In this document: in pieces, positions 1 through 14,480 of the stretch | How positions within the stretch are numbered: the first letter of the stretch is position 1 | Layout: the number at the start of each line of letters is the position of its first letter | Assembly: GCF_006345805.1 (NCBI RefSeq) | Contig: NC_043015.1 | Coordinates: forward strand, 26,102,001 to 26,166,000 | Direction of reading: 5' to 3' | Length of the DNA: 64,000 nt | DNA from: Octopus sinensis | Lineage: Eukaryota | Translations under genes and position numbers: made by a program | The notes under the pieces: model-generated | The model's input: only the letters and a program-made list of their open reading frames with translations | What the model was told of the DNA's origin: nothing | Database searches by the model: none

Positions 1-16
1 TGTGCCTTCACATATA

Positions 17-780
<764 letters not shown>

Positions 781-1255
781 AACAATGAACGGACAAGCTA
801 AACATGTGCTATCACTTTAAAGTCTTTAATATTTAATTTATAATTAAAACACCAACAATGGATCTTGCTGACATTATTACTTTGTAAGTATTTCATTAAT
901 TTTTTTACTATGGAACTGCGAACTAATGTTATACTTCTTCTATGACCGCTCCTAGATTATTCAAAGAACTGGTAACTACTAATATCTATGCTTAATGATA
1001 TTCTTGATTTCTCTCTCTCCTGCGGCAGAATACATAGCTTACTTAGAAATCGTTACTTTGCTCAACATGTTTGTCTCTTCTAGAAACAGCTGTAAGAGAC
1101 TTTACCTGTTTACTTTTACCTCCCACTACGTTTAAGTTATCGCTCCCCAATGAACCCTTTCTAAACAGCTTTGATAGGTAGCCTCGCCACCAATTTCTTT
1201 TCAGCTGCAGTATACAGTACATACCTATTACATTAAGAACGAAAATCCTCTCTCT

Positions 1256-1305
<50 letters not shown>

Positions 1306-1341
1306 GAAAGAATGGAGTCGAACGAAGATGTCAACAAAATT

Positions 1342-1434
1342 CCTTTACTCTCGACCTATGTTTCGAAGACAGCATGTTTTCATTCCAAAGGAATAAAGGG
1401 TGCATTGTGCAATTTTCTCATCAGGAAAGAAAGG
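1342..1434 (-). ncRNA. Degenerate mirror copy of the hammerhead motif
   Basis: Inverted copy of 2543-2635; core intact, but one mismatch in stem II (GAAAA) and one in stem III (ACAUAGGU). Confidence 0.5.
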
Positions 1435-1445
1435 GAGCCTCTCTC

Positions 1446-2420
1446 AGATACCTCGATAACGTCTCTAGAGATATAAACAGCTTAGATTCTATCCTGGTCC
1501 AATCGGATAAAACCGGCAACATCTATAATCTTACCAAGAGCCATTATTTGGAACTGCTCGAAAAGGAGATACGTAAGAATTACAGGACCACCAGTAGGAA
1601 TACTCTCAGGCAGGCCAACTTAGAAACTAAGCAGATTATGGAGACTTACGGATTACAGATGAAGACGGAACCAGTGAACGCTAGGCAACCCAGATTCATC
1701 TTAAAGGACCACAAGCAGAACTTTCATACTAACCCAGCATTGCGGCTCATATGCCCTTCCAGTTCAGACATCGGTACCCTTAGTAAATACGTATTAGATA
1801 AGTATATCCCTATATTAATTAATAAATTAAAACTTAGCTTATGGTCCAATTCTGTTCAAGTCGTAGATTGGTTTACTTCTATTACTGATAAGGCCAACAC
1901 TAAATTTATCCAATTCGATATATCTACTTTCTATTCCTCAATCAACCCTATTATACTTAATAAGGCCCTATGGCACGCACACAATAAGGCAGGCCTCTCC
2001 AGGGAAGAAATTAGTGTGATATTGACTGCTAGGAAATCTTTCATCCAGTTCGATAGCAAGTTGTGGGTCCGTAGAGATACCCCTAATGCGTTTGATGTAC
2101 TAATGGGAAGTACAGACAGCGCCCAGATAGCCGATTTGGTCGGAATTTATATTCTTTATGAAATGGCCGACCAATTCCCGGACATCTGTGGAGGCCTTTA
2201 TCGCGACGATTGTCTGCTTTACCTCCAAAACGTTTCGAACCAAAAAATACAGAAGGTTAAGAACAGATTAGTTAGGTTTTTTAGGAGAATGGGATTGCGC
2301 ATAGTTTTTGACGATGAATTAACTAAAGCGAACTTCTTGGACATTACCCTCAATCTGCAGAATAACTCATACTTCCCTTATCATAAACCTTCCACAAATC
2401 TTAAGTATATTAGCATTTTC
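1446..2420 (+). pseudogene. PLE reverse transcriptase fragment (inside ORF 1374..2498; thumb and GIY-YIG missing)
   Basis: PLE-type motifs SDKTGN, LKDHK..F..NP.LRLI.P, FIQFDI..FY.SI, MGS.D.AQIADLVG, GLYRDD, NFLDITL, PYHKP..LKYI. The ORF's first 24 codons come from the inverted pLTR. Confidence 0.9.
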
Positions 2421-2542
2421 CTACTATCTAACTTTGACGTCAATTCTTCTAACGGTTTTTTTTTAAAAGCACTCATTATCGCTTTGTTTACCATGTAGGC
2501 AATCATCGAAATTTTTGTTTGTCTTGTTGTCGAGAGAGGCTC

Positions 2543-2635
2543 CCTTTCTTTCCTGATGAGAAGATTGCATAATGCACCCTTTATTCCTTTGAAATGAAAA
2601 CATGCTGTCTTCGAAACATATGTCGAGAGTAAAGG
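2543..2635 (+). ncRNA. Type I hammerhead ribozyme motif in PLE pseudo-LTR
   Basis: CUGAUGA 2553-2559; stem II GAAGAU/GUCUUC; GAAA 2613-2616; palindromic stem III ACAUAUGU; GUC cleavage triplet ending 2624; stem I CCUUU-CUUUC / GAGAG-U-AAAGG. Confidence 0.75.
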
Positions 2636-2830
2636 AATTTTGTTAACATCTTCGTTCGACCCCATTCTTTCATTTATTCATATACAACACACAAATTTCT
2701 GCACATGAACCCGGAGTTTCTACCCTTGACAGGTCGCTTCAACAGTGTTTCTGACGTGAATTTGCTACCCAGGTTTCGATTAAACGAATTTTCCATGCTG
2801 ACGATAAACATAGGATAATTCATTCACCTA

Positions 2831-2883
<53 letters not shown>

Positions 2884-2891
2884 GCACAAAT

Positions 2892-2927
<36 letters not shown>

Positions 2928-5377
2928 ATATGATGGACCTTCCCATCGGTTTCAACGTATGCGGCTCAGACAACATACTTATTCTTTGTGAGTCACAACG
3001 TCTATGTCAAATGTGACATCCAAGTCCCGCCAACAATTTGTTTTTACTGTGCCCCCATACACCTAAGAGAGTTAATTTCCATATGAATGAATGATTTACA
3101 TACGTCTCAGAGTAAGACCCCCATATTCTATGACTGTATGCATGAATTTATAGAATATTTTTGAACGAATAATTGTGAAACTTTCCCAAACATTCGTTGG
3201 CTAAAGTTACACTTAAAGGAAAGTTTTAACACGAAATCTTACTCGCATGTTTTCGAAAGTAATTTGCTAAAATAAGATAATGATGCTACAAAAGATAAAT
3301 TGCTTTGCTGGTTTTCTTTCCGAGTCACCTTCAGAAAACGTAATGACAAGATTATTTTTATAAAGTGATTCAAACTCTTATGTCAGGAAATCTGAATACT
3401 TTTCAAACCAACAAGGAATTTATTTAGGCGTATCATTTAACCAGTTTTTACATCTTTTTCTTTTCTCTTTTTTTTTTCTCGAGTCTCGTGAAAGAATTTC
3501 TGCAGTTTCCCTTTTCGGATACTATTAAGATTTATGTTTTCCTGCCTTAAAAATTTCATACAAACAATGATTCATTTGCATCCTGGTCTTGTGAGATTTT
3601 AGGGACATTTTACTTATAAATAATTGTCTTTGTTGGAATCTTCACCGAAACAAAAATCCCCCCAGAACAGGGATTTTCATAGAGAAAATAATGCCATCAT
3701 TGGTATCCGCAGCATTCTGTTAATCCTTAAAACTCAAGGCTGATTTCTCTTGTTACAACAGGGCATTGTCTATACCAGCTGGAAATGAAATTTCATGTCA
3801 AAACCGAAAGAAAAACCACAAAAAGATAAAAAAAAGTTGTAGTTTTACATGTCTTAGGAAACAAAACCCACGGAAACTGAAAACGAATCCAAAAATATTC
3901 TACAGAAAAAATCATTGTTGCACACTACAAGCATTTTCACGGTTCTAGTGATCTGAAGCTATCTTGAGACTCCAATAAAATAACCTTGAATATCATAACA
4001 AAAGATCTCCCATCCGTTTCGTTCACCATCAACAAAAAAATCATACCCTTCTACTTTATAGAGCTTTATAGAGCTTATCTCATGTAAATAACTCTACAGT
4101 TGATTTAACTGAATGCCCTTTGCCTGTGGTTATTGAGATCATGTGAGGCATTCGTATTGGTCCGCTAAAGCAAGTAGATAAATATCTGAGAATTTCCTGT
4201 TACTTCACTTTCGGAATGATGGGCCCTTTACAGAGAAGATAGAGAGGTTTTAAAACGAATCGTAGGCTACACAGATAACCTTGAATCAAAAGCTTTATAT
4301 ATTGTAATAGTATATCAGAATGCATAGTTAATGGGCGTCTGATAATACAGGTATGACTGTGTGTTAGACGGCCAAGCAGTAAATAATATTATATATGCTA
4401 ATCTAGAATACAGCCAAAAACTGCTGTACACCAGTGGTTGCAGTGTTGAGTGTGTTGAGTGTGCAGCCTCTACAAGGTAGCTATTTTGGGAGGGGAGGTG
4501 GGGCAAATATATATTGAAGAATGCTACAGTGAAGGAACAGACACCGCCCAATTTAACTGTTTCACAGGGTGTACAAAAAACCATGCTACACTAATCCTCT
4601 GCTGTCCTCTCCTGCAGGACCGTCACAAACTGGTTTATGAGAAAGTACACATTCAAGAACCATGATTAAAGCTCCTGTAAGATGGAATGAAGATGGATTA
4701 TCGTTGCTTTGTTCAAAATCGATCCATCAATGTCTGCGACTGCCTCTAATGTGAAATATATAAATGGCATTTTGTTGTACGAGTCTTTTTTAAAGCATAA
4801 CACGTTTGTATATCTAGACAGAAATAAACTCATATTTGTTGGATATCTAAAGGAAACAAAATATATATATCGAATTATATTTGGATCATTTCGCACAATT
4901 TTGACATTTTCCCATACGTTCTTATATATTAAGTTATTGCCACTTCTTTCTTTCTTTCTTTTTTTCTTTCTTTCTTTCTTCGCATCTTTATTTTTTTTAT
5001 TCCAGTTGTTCTTTGTTTGTTTGTTTTATTCTTTCATTATGTATTTAGTTGGCAAAGAGATAAGCGACCAGCCTCTAGTTTCATACTCCGTAATCAACGC
5101 GGTTAACTTATTGAACAATGAACTTCTTGTCGGAGTTATTCGCTTTGGATGTATATATATTTCCCACTGGATTCCTTATCTTTCTTTCTTTGCAGGATTT
5201 CTTATCTTTCGTTACAGGATTTCTTGATGAAAACAAACTACAAAAACAACAGAAACAGCAAGAGAAACAAGAACACCGTGGCTTAAAAATTATCATTCTT
5301 GCTTTCTAATAAAAATAAGGAGGATTTTCTAACAAGGTGTTCTGCCGATACTGTCACCAACATACAGGCCTTAATAA

Positions 5378-5575
<198 letters not shown>

Positions 5576-5759
5576 TCAAGTTATCCCCTTATTGTCTTTG
5601 CTTTTTCTATTTTTTACCTCTCTTTAAATTCGTCAGGAGGCAGCCCTTACCTCACCACTCTTATTTTCTTTTTTAAACGAAATTTGAGAAGATTCTAAGA
5701 GCTTTATCAAAAGTGATATCTCTCTTAATTACTTTCAATCGTTTCGCATTTCTCTGCTG

Positions 5760-7545
5760 TCTAGATGAAATCCAAGACAGGTTAAGAAATATAGAAGGCC
5801 AAGCAGACATAAAGATAACTACAGAAATGACAAAAAGGCAGTTAAGAAAATTCCCAAAATGGAAGAGTCTAGAACAGGACAGGGTCCAAGTTTATTGGAT
5901 GGAGAAACTGAGAGGGGTCCCTGAAAAGATAGCGAAACAATTAAATGAGTGTTTTCAGGAAGATGCAGTACCCAGCTGGATGACAAAGGGTAAGACATTG
6001 TTATGTGCCAAGGATCTTGGAAAGGGAAGTGCTGCATCCAACTTTCGACCAATAACGTGATTTCCGCTAATGTGGAAACTAATGTCAGGTGCTTTGGCCT
6101 GTGAACTGTATAAATAATTAGAAAAATGTGGGCTACTACGTATTAAACAGAAAGGGTACCGAAAGAGGAGCCGGAGAACGAAGGATTAGCACTTGATAAT
6201 CTAATTATTACAAACTGCAAGACAAGACACACAAACCTGAGCATGGCATGGGTTGACTATCGGAAAGCATAGGATATGATAACACACTCCTTGATAAGAA
6301 GAACAATGGAAATGAATGGAGTATCAGAAAATGAGAATCCTTATATGAAACAGCATGAAATGCTGGAGAACAGAATTGGCAGCTGGGAATCAAGTATTAG
6401 AAGAGGAATCTTCCAGGTGGACAGTGTGTCCCCATTGATATTCTTGCTAGAAATAACCCCCTTGAGTGAAATACAACGGAAAACAAAGTTGGAGTATGAT
6501 CTGGGAAGACCTAAGGGAAAACTGAACCACTTGCTATTCATGGACGACCTGAAGCTATTCAGAAAAACTGAGGCAGAACCGGACAGCCTAGTCCAGTCTG
6601 TGCGGAATTTCCCCAATGATAATAAGACGGAGTTTGAGTTCTCAAAATGTGTTAAGATAGTGATGAGATGAAGTAAGCTTATCAGGACAGAAGTCATAGG
6701 TTTGCCAAGTGGTGAGATGATGAAGGCAATTCAATCTCAATCCAGCTATAAACATCTGGGAATACTTGAGACAGAAGGAAGAAGTAGAAAAAGGACACGA
6801 TGAAGAATTAATCAACAAGGGACTACCCAATCAATTCCATGTAGCTACTACTGAAAATGCTGGAAAAATAGGTGGGATTGGCTGAAGAAAGGAACTCTAA
6901 AAAAAAAAGTGACCGAGAGCACTATACTGGCTGTTGAAGACCAAACTTTGGCCACGAACTGAAGGGTCAAGCTTTGGGATGAGAAAGTATCTCCGCTGGG
7001 CTGCATCTGTAATATAGTGAATGAAACCATTGCCAATATCACAAACAAATGTCCTAGACTTGTCCAAAACCACTACAAGTTGTGCCCAAATGGTAGGTTG
7101 CGAAAGTGCTACATTGGAAACTGTGCAAAAAGTGTGGGCTACAGAGCGGCAAGACCAGGTATGAACAGAAACCACAGGGAGTGGCGGAATTGGAGAATAG
7201 CAAAATCTTCTGGGACTTCCCAATCTCAACAGATCTGGTGCTAGATACTAACAGAGCAGATTTAGGTTCGTCGACAGAATGCACCACATGTGCTACATAG
7301 TTGAAATTGCATGTCCCTTTGACCCATGAATAGTCAAGAAGGAAGACGACACAACAGATAGATACAACGCTCTTAAGTATGAAATAGTGCGGCTATGGAA
7401 AATAATGAAGGTGAATATCGTACCATTTATTTTTGTGTCCTTGAGAACACATCGGAAGGCATCAAGAGGAATATAAAGGAAACTGGAAAAGAGTGCCCAG
7501 TAGAACTGTTACAAAAGGTTTGCCTCCTTAGCTCGGCCATCTGGT
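5760..7545 (+). mobile_element. Decayed R4/Dong-clade non-LTR retrotransposon (RT + RLE)
   Basis: Fragments NFRPIT, LSMAWVDYRKA, RRGIFQVDSVSPLIF, NHLLFMDDLKLF, KIFWDFPISTD...NRAD, ELLQKVCL; many stops, frameshifts and internal deletions. Confidence 0.9.
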
Positions 7546-7619
7546 CCTGGGGCCTTCTAGTTGATATAGAGCAGGGGTAATCGCATGGACAGTAGACGAA
7601 CTGCATAGCTGAGACCGGA

Positions 7620-7792
7620 AAACAAGGAAGTAGCTGAATAGATATGGGATACTGCACCCAATATGTGACACAGACATACTGTATATATCAAGGAAAAATA
7701 GGAGGAAGAGGACTGACTGGATGAGAACAGAATTAGAGCAGAAGAAAGCAACATAGTATGGTATGTGCAAAATGTCACAGAACCACTATGTT
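7620..7792 (+). mobile_element. Internal R4/Dong fragment (post-RT region) lying 3' of the preceding copy
   Basis: Manual translation YGILHP.CDTDILY.SRK.GGRGL...IRAEESNIVWYVQNVTEPL resembles LHPK.D.DRLY..RKEGGRG of the intact copy at 53590-55509. Confidence 0.65.
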
Positions 7793-7801
7793 TCTGTTGT
7801 A

Positions 7802-7976
7802 CCTGTATTTCAAAGGGCCAACCTTGTCACACTCTGTGTCACGCTAAATTTCTCCAGAACTACGTCAAGGGAACACGTATTTGAGGAGTACTCAGCCGCT
7901 TGCACGTTAATTTCACGAGCATGCTGTTCCGTTGACCGGTTCAGCTGGAACCATCGTCGTCGTAACCGACGGAGTG
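7802..7976 (+). mobile_element. SINE 3' half (same family as 22586-22866)
   Basis: Shares CCTGTATTTCAAAGGGCC..CCTTGTCACACTCTGTGTCAC...GCACGTTAATTTCACGAGCA.GCTGTTCCGTTGA with 22730-22866. Confidence 0.85.
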
Positions 7977-8029
7977 TAATGACATACACACATACATGCA
8001 TGTATGTACGTGTCATTTTGTTTTTGTAC

Positions 8030-8225
8030 CACTACAACCGGTTGATAACCGGTGTTGATTTGTTTACGTCCCTGTAACTTAGCGATTCAGAAAAAGCGGC
8101 CAGTGGAATAAGTGACAGACTTCAAATATAAACTAGAGTCGATTTCTATAAATGAAACCTTTCATGGTGGTGCCCCAGCATGGCTGAAGTCCAGTAGGTG
8201 AAACAGGTACAATACAAAAGATAAA
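8030..8225 (+). mobile_element. Diverged SINE 3' half
   Basis: Homologous to 57960-58128 (GTCCC.GT.ACTTAGCG.TTC.G.AAA, GAATAAGT, GGTGC..CAGCATGGC, TGAAACA tail). Confidence 0.75.
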
Positions 8226-8282
8226 TCCATAAGCATAAATCACTCAATACAATTTATTGAGTACTCTGCCCGTGAAACCGCT

Positions 8283-8326
<44 letters not shown>

Positions 8327-10089
8327 ATACATAAATACATTTATACATACATATATACACAGACAGACAGACACATACACATGTATACATATACATCCAT
8401 ACGCACACCATTTTTCCAAAGCTGGCATTATAAATCAAGACTTAGAATGCATTCTATATCTTTATTAATTGGATTAAAATCATCATTCCTTTTTCTATAC
8501 GAAAATGACGAAGCTTATTTATCCGTTATATTAATGCTTTGCGATTAAATAAATCCACTCTCTCCAAGCAGCAGATTCTTATTTACTGGCTTTTATTAAT
8601 TTTTCTTAGGCCTCAGTTTTCATTAAATACATTCGAAAATATTATTCATAATGGAATAAAGTGTTGTTTTCAGTTTGGCGTATGGTCTATCTGATGATTT
8701 TATTTTTATTTATCTGCTTACGTTTCTTTCTTTTTTTTTTTTTACTTCTTTGTTAGAAAAATATCAGAAAGTTGGGAAAAAGTGTGCTACATGTCGGAAA
8801 TCCTGCAATTCTTCCACTTCTCCAAAAAAAAGCCATAAACCAAAATATATAAATAAATATTAGTAAGATTTAAATGTAATTTTGACAAAATGCTGCAAAA
8901 AAGAAATGGAATCTTATCAACGGCTTACTTGTTTGGTGTTGACAATACAATGTAAGTGTATTTAATATCTAGAGCAGTGTGTGCATCTGTAAGCACTCCC
9001 ATCGGAATAAGGAGAAATCTTTATGGAAGAAATATACAGATGATGACCAGATATTAAGGAATTGATTTGTAGCCCTTCTGATTTGCATTGTGTTGTGTTG
9101 TGTGTAAAATAATATATACATTTAATTAATGACGAACCAATGATAGAAGAAATATGCTAATCAAGATATCCACTGGAGTAATAACTTACGTTCTCATTGC
9201 TTTATATCAGAATTCAATATCTTAAGCTATCGATTGGAGAAGGAAATCAGGTACATCAACACTGAGTAACGCTCAACAAATTCCCAGTTGATCCGTTAGG
9301 TGTATCCCACACGCTTTTATACATCAAAAGGCATAGACGTGATCTAAATCAGTTGAGTGTTGCACGAGAAGCTGGAGACCCAAATTTCTAAAGATAAAAT
9401 GCTAATGCTACTAAAGCCAGGTATGGCCACCACGCGAATTAAAATTTAAAAAACGGCTCTATAAAATTTCTTTAAAAATGTCTTGCATTAGTAGTTTCTT
9501 CTAAAAAGCTCCAATTCCGAGCACAACATCATCGTTCCATATAAGAAATAAATAACTTAAGAATCAATGAAAAATGCCCTGATGTTTGATGAATTCGTTT
9601 ATTGGGCGTTCAACAGGCACAGACGCTAAACAGAAAGCTTTGCTGTAATTGTTCCGATGCTGTACATTCTGAGTTCAAATGCCACCGAGGTCAACCTCGG
9701 CTTTTATGCTTTCGGTGGCAAACAAAACAATAATAATAATAATCCAAGGCGGTGGATTGGTGGAATCATAAATTATGAGTTTAAATCCGGCTACAACCCC
9801 TTGGGTGGTAGACTTGAATCGTCCTCCGGGATAATATCACAATCTGGGCACCTCAGAAGACTTTAGCAGAATCGACTGTGTTGCAAGTATTCGAGACAGG
9901 ATTTTGATTTGAAGATATATCTACACTTCCCCTTTCCTACCTCTCCTTATCCTACCCTCTTCCTCTTCTCTTCCTCTCCCCATTCTCTTCTCTTACCCTC
10001 ACCTTTCTCTCCCTTTCTTGTTGCATGCTTCAGAAACCCTCTCGTCGCTATTTCACAATATATTCCCTCCTCATTAAAACTCAAAAACA

Positions 10090-10378
10090 TGGATATGTGG
10101 TTAAGGAGCTCACATTTTAACTGTCTGGTCTCAGGTTTAATCCTATTGCATATTCCCTTGGTTAAGTGTCAACAATTATGGCCCCAGTGCAACCAATGCG
10201 TTGTGAGTGAATTCCTTAGACTTGGAAACCTTTAACTTAGTGGTTCAGCAAAAGCTGTTGATTGAATAAGTACCAGACTTAAAGAAAATAAGTATTGGGA
10301 TCGAATTGTTCGATTAAAGGCGCTGCCCCCGCATGGCCGCTGTTCAGCGGCTGAAACAAGTAAAGGAAAACATTGATA
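10090..10378 (+). mobile_element. Diverged tRNA-derived SINE
   Basis: Degenerate A/B-box head, middle similar to 37170-37337 (reverse complement), tail similar to 57960-58128. Confidence 0.75.
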
Positions 10379-10998
10379 AAAACACACATATATAATCTTG
10401 TTCAAACTTCTATGTTCGAAACTCGGTGCAGAATAACGCCGGTGATGAGAGCAAGGCTCTTTTCTCTTCTGTACACCACACATTTTCAAAGTGATTAAAG
10501 TGCCGAAATCGTGCACACAACATAGATTAAAAGATATAGAAGTCACAAAGGTCTCCGGCGATTATCTCGAACACATATCTATTTACTCTCTCTCTCTCTC
10601 TCCCCCCTCTCTCTCTCTCTCTTGCTCCTTCGCCTTTTTGTGAAACACACATTAAACAACATTGTATATCTAACCGTTTAAATACTATAGAACATTATCA
10701 TGGAGCAAGCATACAGGACAGCTGAGACAAGGTTATTGATTCCCTGCGATATTTTCATCCTTCTACAGTAAATAGACATATATTTATAGAAGTAATATAG
10801 ACTTATACGCTATCAATCTTCATCAATTCATATGTTCACCGGCCATCTTAAATACATGTAGACATCAATCTTGTTTGAAAAGAAAAAAGAAATAAGAACA
10901 TAAAAATGAAATTAAAATCTAGTTAAACCTATGGAGTACATGAATCTCTATATTTATATTCTATCCTTCTCGCTCAATCTTTGCCTTGCTTTTATCTT

Positions 10999-11042
<44 letters not shown>

Positions 11043-11120
11043 TCGTTTACTGTTCCCCTTTCTATATCTTTCGATCATTCAATCTCACTCCTGCTTGTAT
11101 CACTGTATTCCTTCTATTTC

Positions 11121-11151
<31 letters not shown>

Positions 11152-12999
11152 TTATCTCTCTCTCTCTCTCTCTCTTTATCTCTTTTCTGCTAGGATTCAA
11201 AAATATTCACCCCTCCCTCTCGCCCTCCATCTCTCTACATACATTCATATTATTACAGGATCAACAGAATACGTGCCAACCAGCCTGGAACAAAGTATGG
11301 CTGGACTTGGGTTATTGGAGAGAGAATGTATCTCCTTATTCATAACCTTCAAATGGCCGCAATATCTGGGACATTTTAAATCTGCAAGACTTCTTTAAAA
11401 TTTAAAGGCTAATAAATAAAGTAAGACAGGTGATTTCTTTCACAACCTTGCTACCAAGCAATTAAAAAGAGAAACGCTTACATAGATGCATACACAGAAA
11501 GCCCTTCATTGGCGTGAAGTTACAAGTCTGTAATGGACAGCTTCTAGGTTTCCTTAGGAAATCTTGCCCAGGCCTGCTCATATCTGTGCAGATGTATGAC
11601 CATCAGTGATTGACGGTGACCCTACATACAGTGACGTAACTACAGTACTTGACGCTCGGATATCCTTTCAGTTAACAACCACATCCGTGTCTTGTCCTGA
11701 TATTAAAAACATTTTGCTATACAACCAATACAGGCTTATACAACAGATCCAACGGTGCCGCCCCCATAAATGTGTTGCCTTGGGCGTACCGCCTCCCTCA
11801 CAAACCCACCTCTAACTACACCACTGGTTATATATGAATAATGAAATAATTCTGATGGAATGCTCACAACGGAATATCCGTTGATCATAGTGAGTTCAAT
11901 TATAGCCGATCTGCTGTTGAATAGTACCAAAAAGAGTTTAATTTTGTTTTAGCGACAAATTATGAGAAATGAAAGAAACAAAAGCGAATCCCCGTTTCAG
12001 CATTATGAATGAGAAACTCCTTGGCTAAAGAATAAACTGTTACGTATGTGTTTCCATAAGAAAACCGTAAACGCTTATGCAAACGACCAATTATTATTTT
12101 GGACGATAAATACTTTGAAATTTTCCAACACAAGAAACACAATTCTTCTTATCGTTTAAATGCAATGAATGCCAATGAGGTGATCAAAGTTGTTGCCACT
12201 CCTTTGAGACATCGTTTATACATTCTTCTTTTTCATGAAGTTTTCTTGGTATTAGAAGCGTTCGGTGTGAGTGTGTGTGTGTGTGTGTGTCACATGGGTA
12301 TTCGTAATGGAATTAATACATTCTAATGAAGAAAGTCAAAAGAAAACAAAAGGAAACACAAGAGGAATAACACTGTTTGAATCATTATTTCCAATGATTG
12401 AAAATAATGATTGCTGTGGATGGTCGATTAAGCAAACCGATTGGTTAACGGGAGCGGCGTGGGAAGCGGCACGGAGGTCAACTGTTTGTAGTGTCTGATG
12501 ATGATGATGCTGCCATAGCCGCTCCAGCTGCTACTGCTGTTGTACCCTCGCTTACTGCTAGTGCATAGCTGCTGCTGCTGCTGCTACTACTACTACTTCT
12601 GCTGCCTAACCTGCCTCTACTGTTGCTGCTATTTCTACTGCTCCTTCTACTTTTCTTATTCGTTTAGGCACAAGTGAGCTTTGATCAAATAAACCAATGA
12701 TCGAACGTTCTCCATCTATGACCATCCAGTCTTTTCATTCTAGATGTTGTCTGCCAATTCATTTTGTTTCAGTTAAAGGTATGCGAATAGATGAACATTT
12801 CGATGGTAATTCTTGCAAGGTGAGCGAATGCGTAGAAGCTTAATTCGTTTCTTACTGTCTTTTGTTGATTATCCTTAATTTCAACCTTAATTGACTAAAA
12901 ATGGGGCAACATGACGTTACAGGCGTGACTATAACACATTTTGTTTGTAATGTGTTGTGCATCAATAAGACCAGTATCCGATATCCGATTCATAATTCT

Positions 13000-13130
13000 G
13001 TTTCAAGGAGGGTGATTTGGCTGCAATTAATTATTACTTCTATTCCTTCCTCACTAGAGCAGCGTCCCTCTGGAATATTGTCACTGTTCTTGTGTTTTCG
13101 GAATTTATGTATCTGCAAGTGGTTAAACGA
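13000..13130 (+). mobile_element. Possible CR1/L2-type LINE 3' remnant
   Basis: YFYSFLTRAASLWN resembles the SFF.R..RLWN C-terminal motif of CR1/L2/Jockey ORF2; short. Confidence 0.35.
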
Positions 13131-13757
13131 ACTATTACCGGCCTCAAGCACAACGGTCTCAGAAGAACAACAAGAGAAGTGGGCACTGTCCCTTTCTTCT
13201 GGCTCAGCGAGTGAAGAATGAATAAGAGAATGAATAAGTGAAGAATGAATAATGAGAGAAACCTAATGGAAACAACGACAAGATACGAATTGAACAAAAC
13301 CAAAGGCTAAAACGGTAAATAGCTATGATTGTTGGAAAGGAGATACAAGAATAGGATTTGAGAATTGATTAGATTTAACACAAAAACGAGACTAAAGAAT
13401 ATTTCCCTCCAGGAATTCCCGAAAACATGTAGAAAATCTGACAATAAATTTATTATACAAAAACGCTGACTCTGACTCCCAAATGTAGACAAAATAGAAT
13501 GCATAGATACGTATGGGAAAAGTAGAGATCTTTCACAACTCTTACAATTATGCCATCAATGTGAATTTTCGACGAGCGCGCGTATATGTTCGTGTGTCTA
13601 TATTATGGAGCATCAATTTAAGATCGGAACATTTAAACGCAAAGTACAACACACAGTAAAGCACAGATCCACTGGTAAACGATCTAGGGTGTCAACTGGT
13701 GTTTGGTAAGCCGTAAATCTTTGAGTACCAAAAGCTGAAGAGAACTGCAGCTTTGTG

Positions 13758-14480
13758 TAAAACGACAAACGAATAGATTATACGGTATCGCAACAATCGT
13801 ATCATTAATAGATTTTATTGCATTGTAACATCCTACAAGCTGGTATGTATGAATGGAAACCTCTTTAACTCACTGCAAAACACAAAAGAGAATCGATCAT
13901 ATCTTCTGGCCGCGTCGTGTTGCATAAGAGCAAATACCGTCGTACCGTTGGGTTACTCTGAAAAACCAAGCAAACCAAAAGTCCAAAGACAGAAAATTGG
14001 AGCGTTAGAGGCCTATCGAAAGCGTAGATAGAGAATGTCAACATTAGAAAAAGGAGAGGCCACACGTATAAGGAATTGTTCACCAAATATTATTGATTAG
14101 CATCAAAAAGGCAAAAAGTATTTAAAAAAAGACAAGTGGCAACTCCTCTTTAAAACTTTCAATGATCGTAGGAATACCATGCAGAGTTACCATATATCAA
14201 CTACTTTCAGTGACACCGAGGGGAAGTCTTACTTAATTCCTTGAAGCATGCCACGGAAGGTATTTGCAAAGAGACCATGTATTCACTTCTATTAGCTTAC
14301 ATTATTAGAGTAGTTTAAGAGTTGCCTAGTGAACATATTGACTGTGCTATTCACTTTTAAATAAATTGTTTAAATAACTATAATATTTATGGATGTAACC
14401 AGTATAATTGAGACAAAATTGCCGAATATAGCATGTAAGAATTAGTTAAGGGAAATATTGCTAATTATTATAAAGAGAAA
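13758..14480 (-). repeat. Left arm of a ~720-bp diverged inverted duplication
   Basis: Reverse complement aligns collinearly with 15905-16647 (roughly 75-80% by eye, a few 15-30 bp indels). Confidence 0.9.

Larger units (their letters stand above)
1301..2833 (+). mobile_element. Penelope-like element (PLE), 5'-truncated with an inverted pseudo-LTR copy, internally deleted, inserted in (TA)n
   Basis: 1301-1445 is the reverse complement of 2532-2676 (145 bp, few mismatches); PLE RT lies between them; extension 2677-2833 follows the right copy; (TA)n on both sides. Confidence 0.88.

Noticed and set aside
11481-11696. Minus-strand exon bounded by a good acceptor and a GTAAGC donor
   Set aside because: Stops in all three frames
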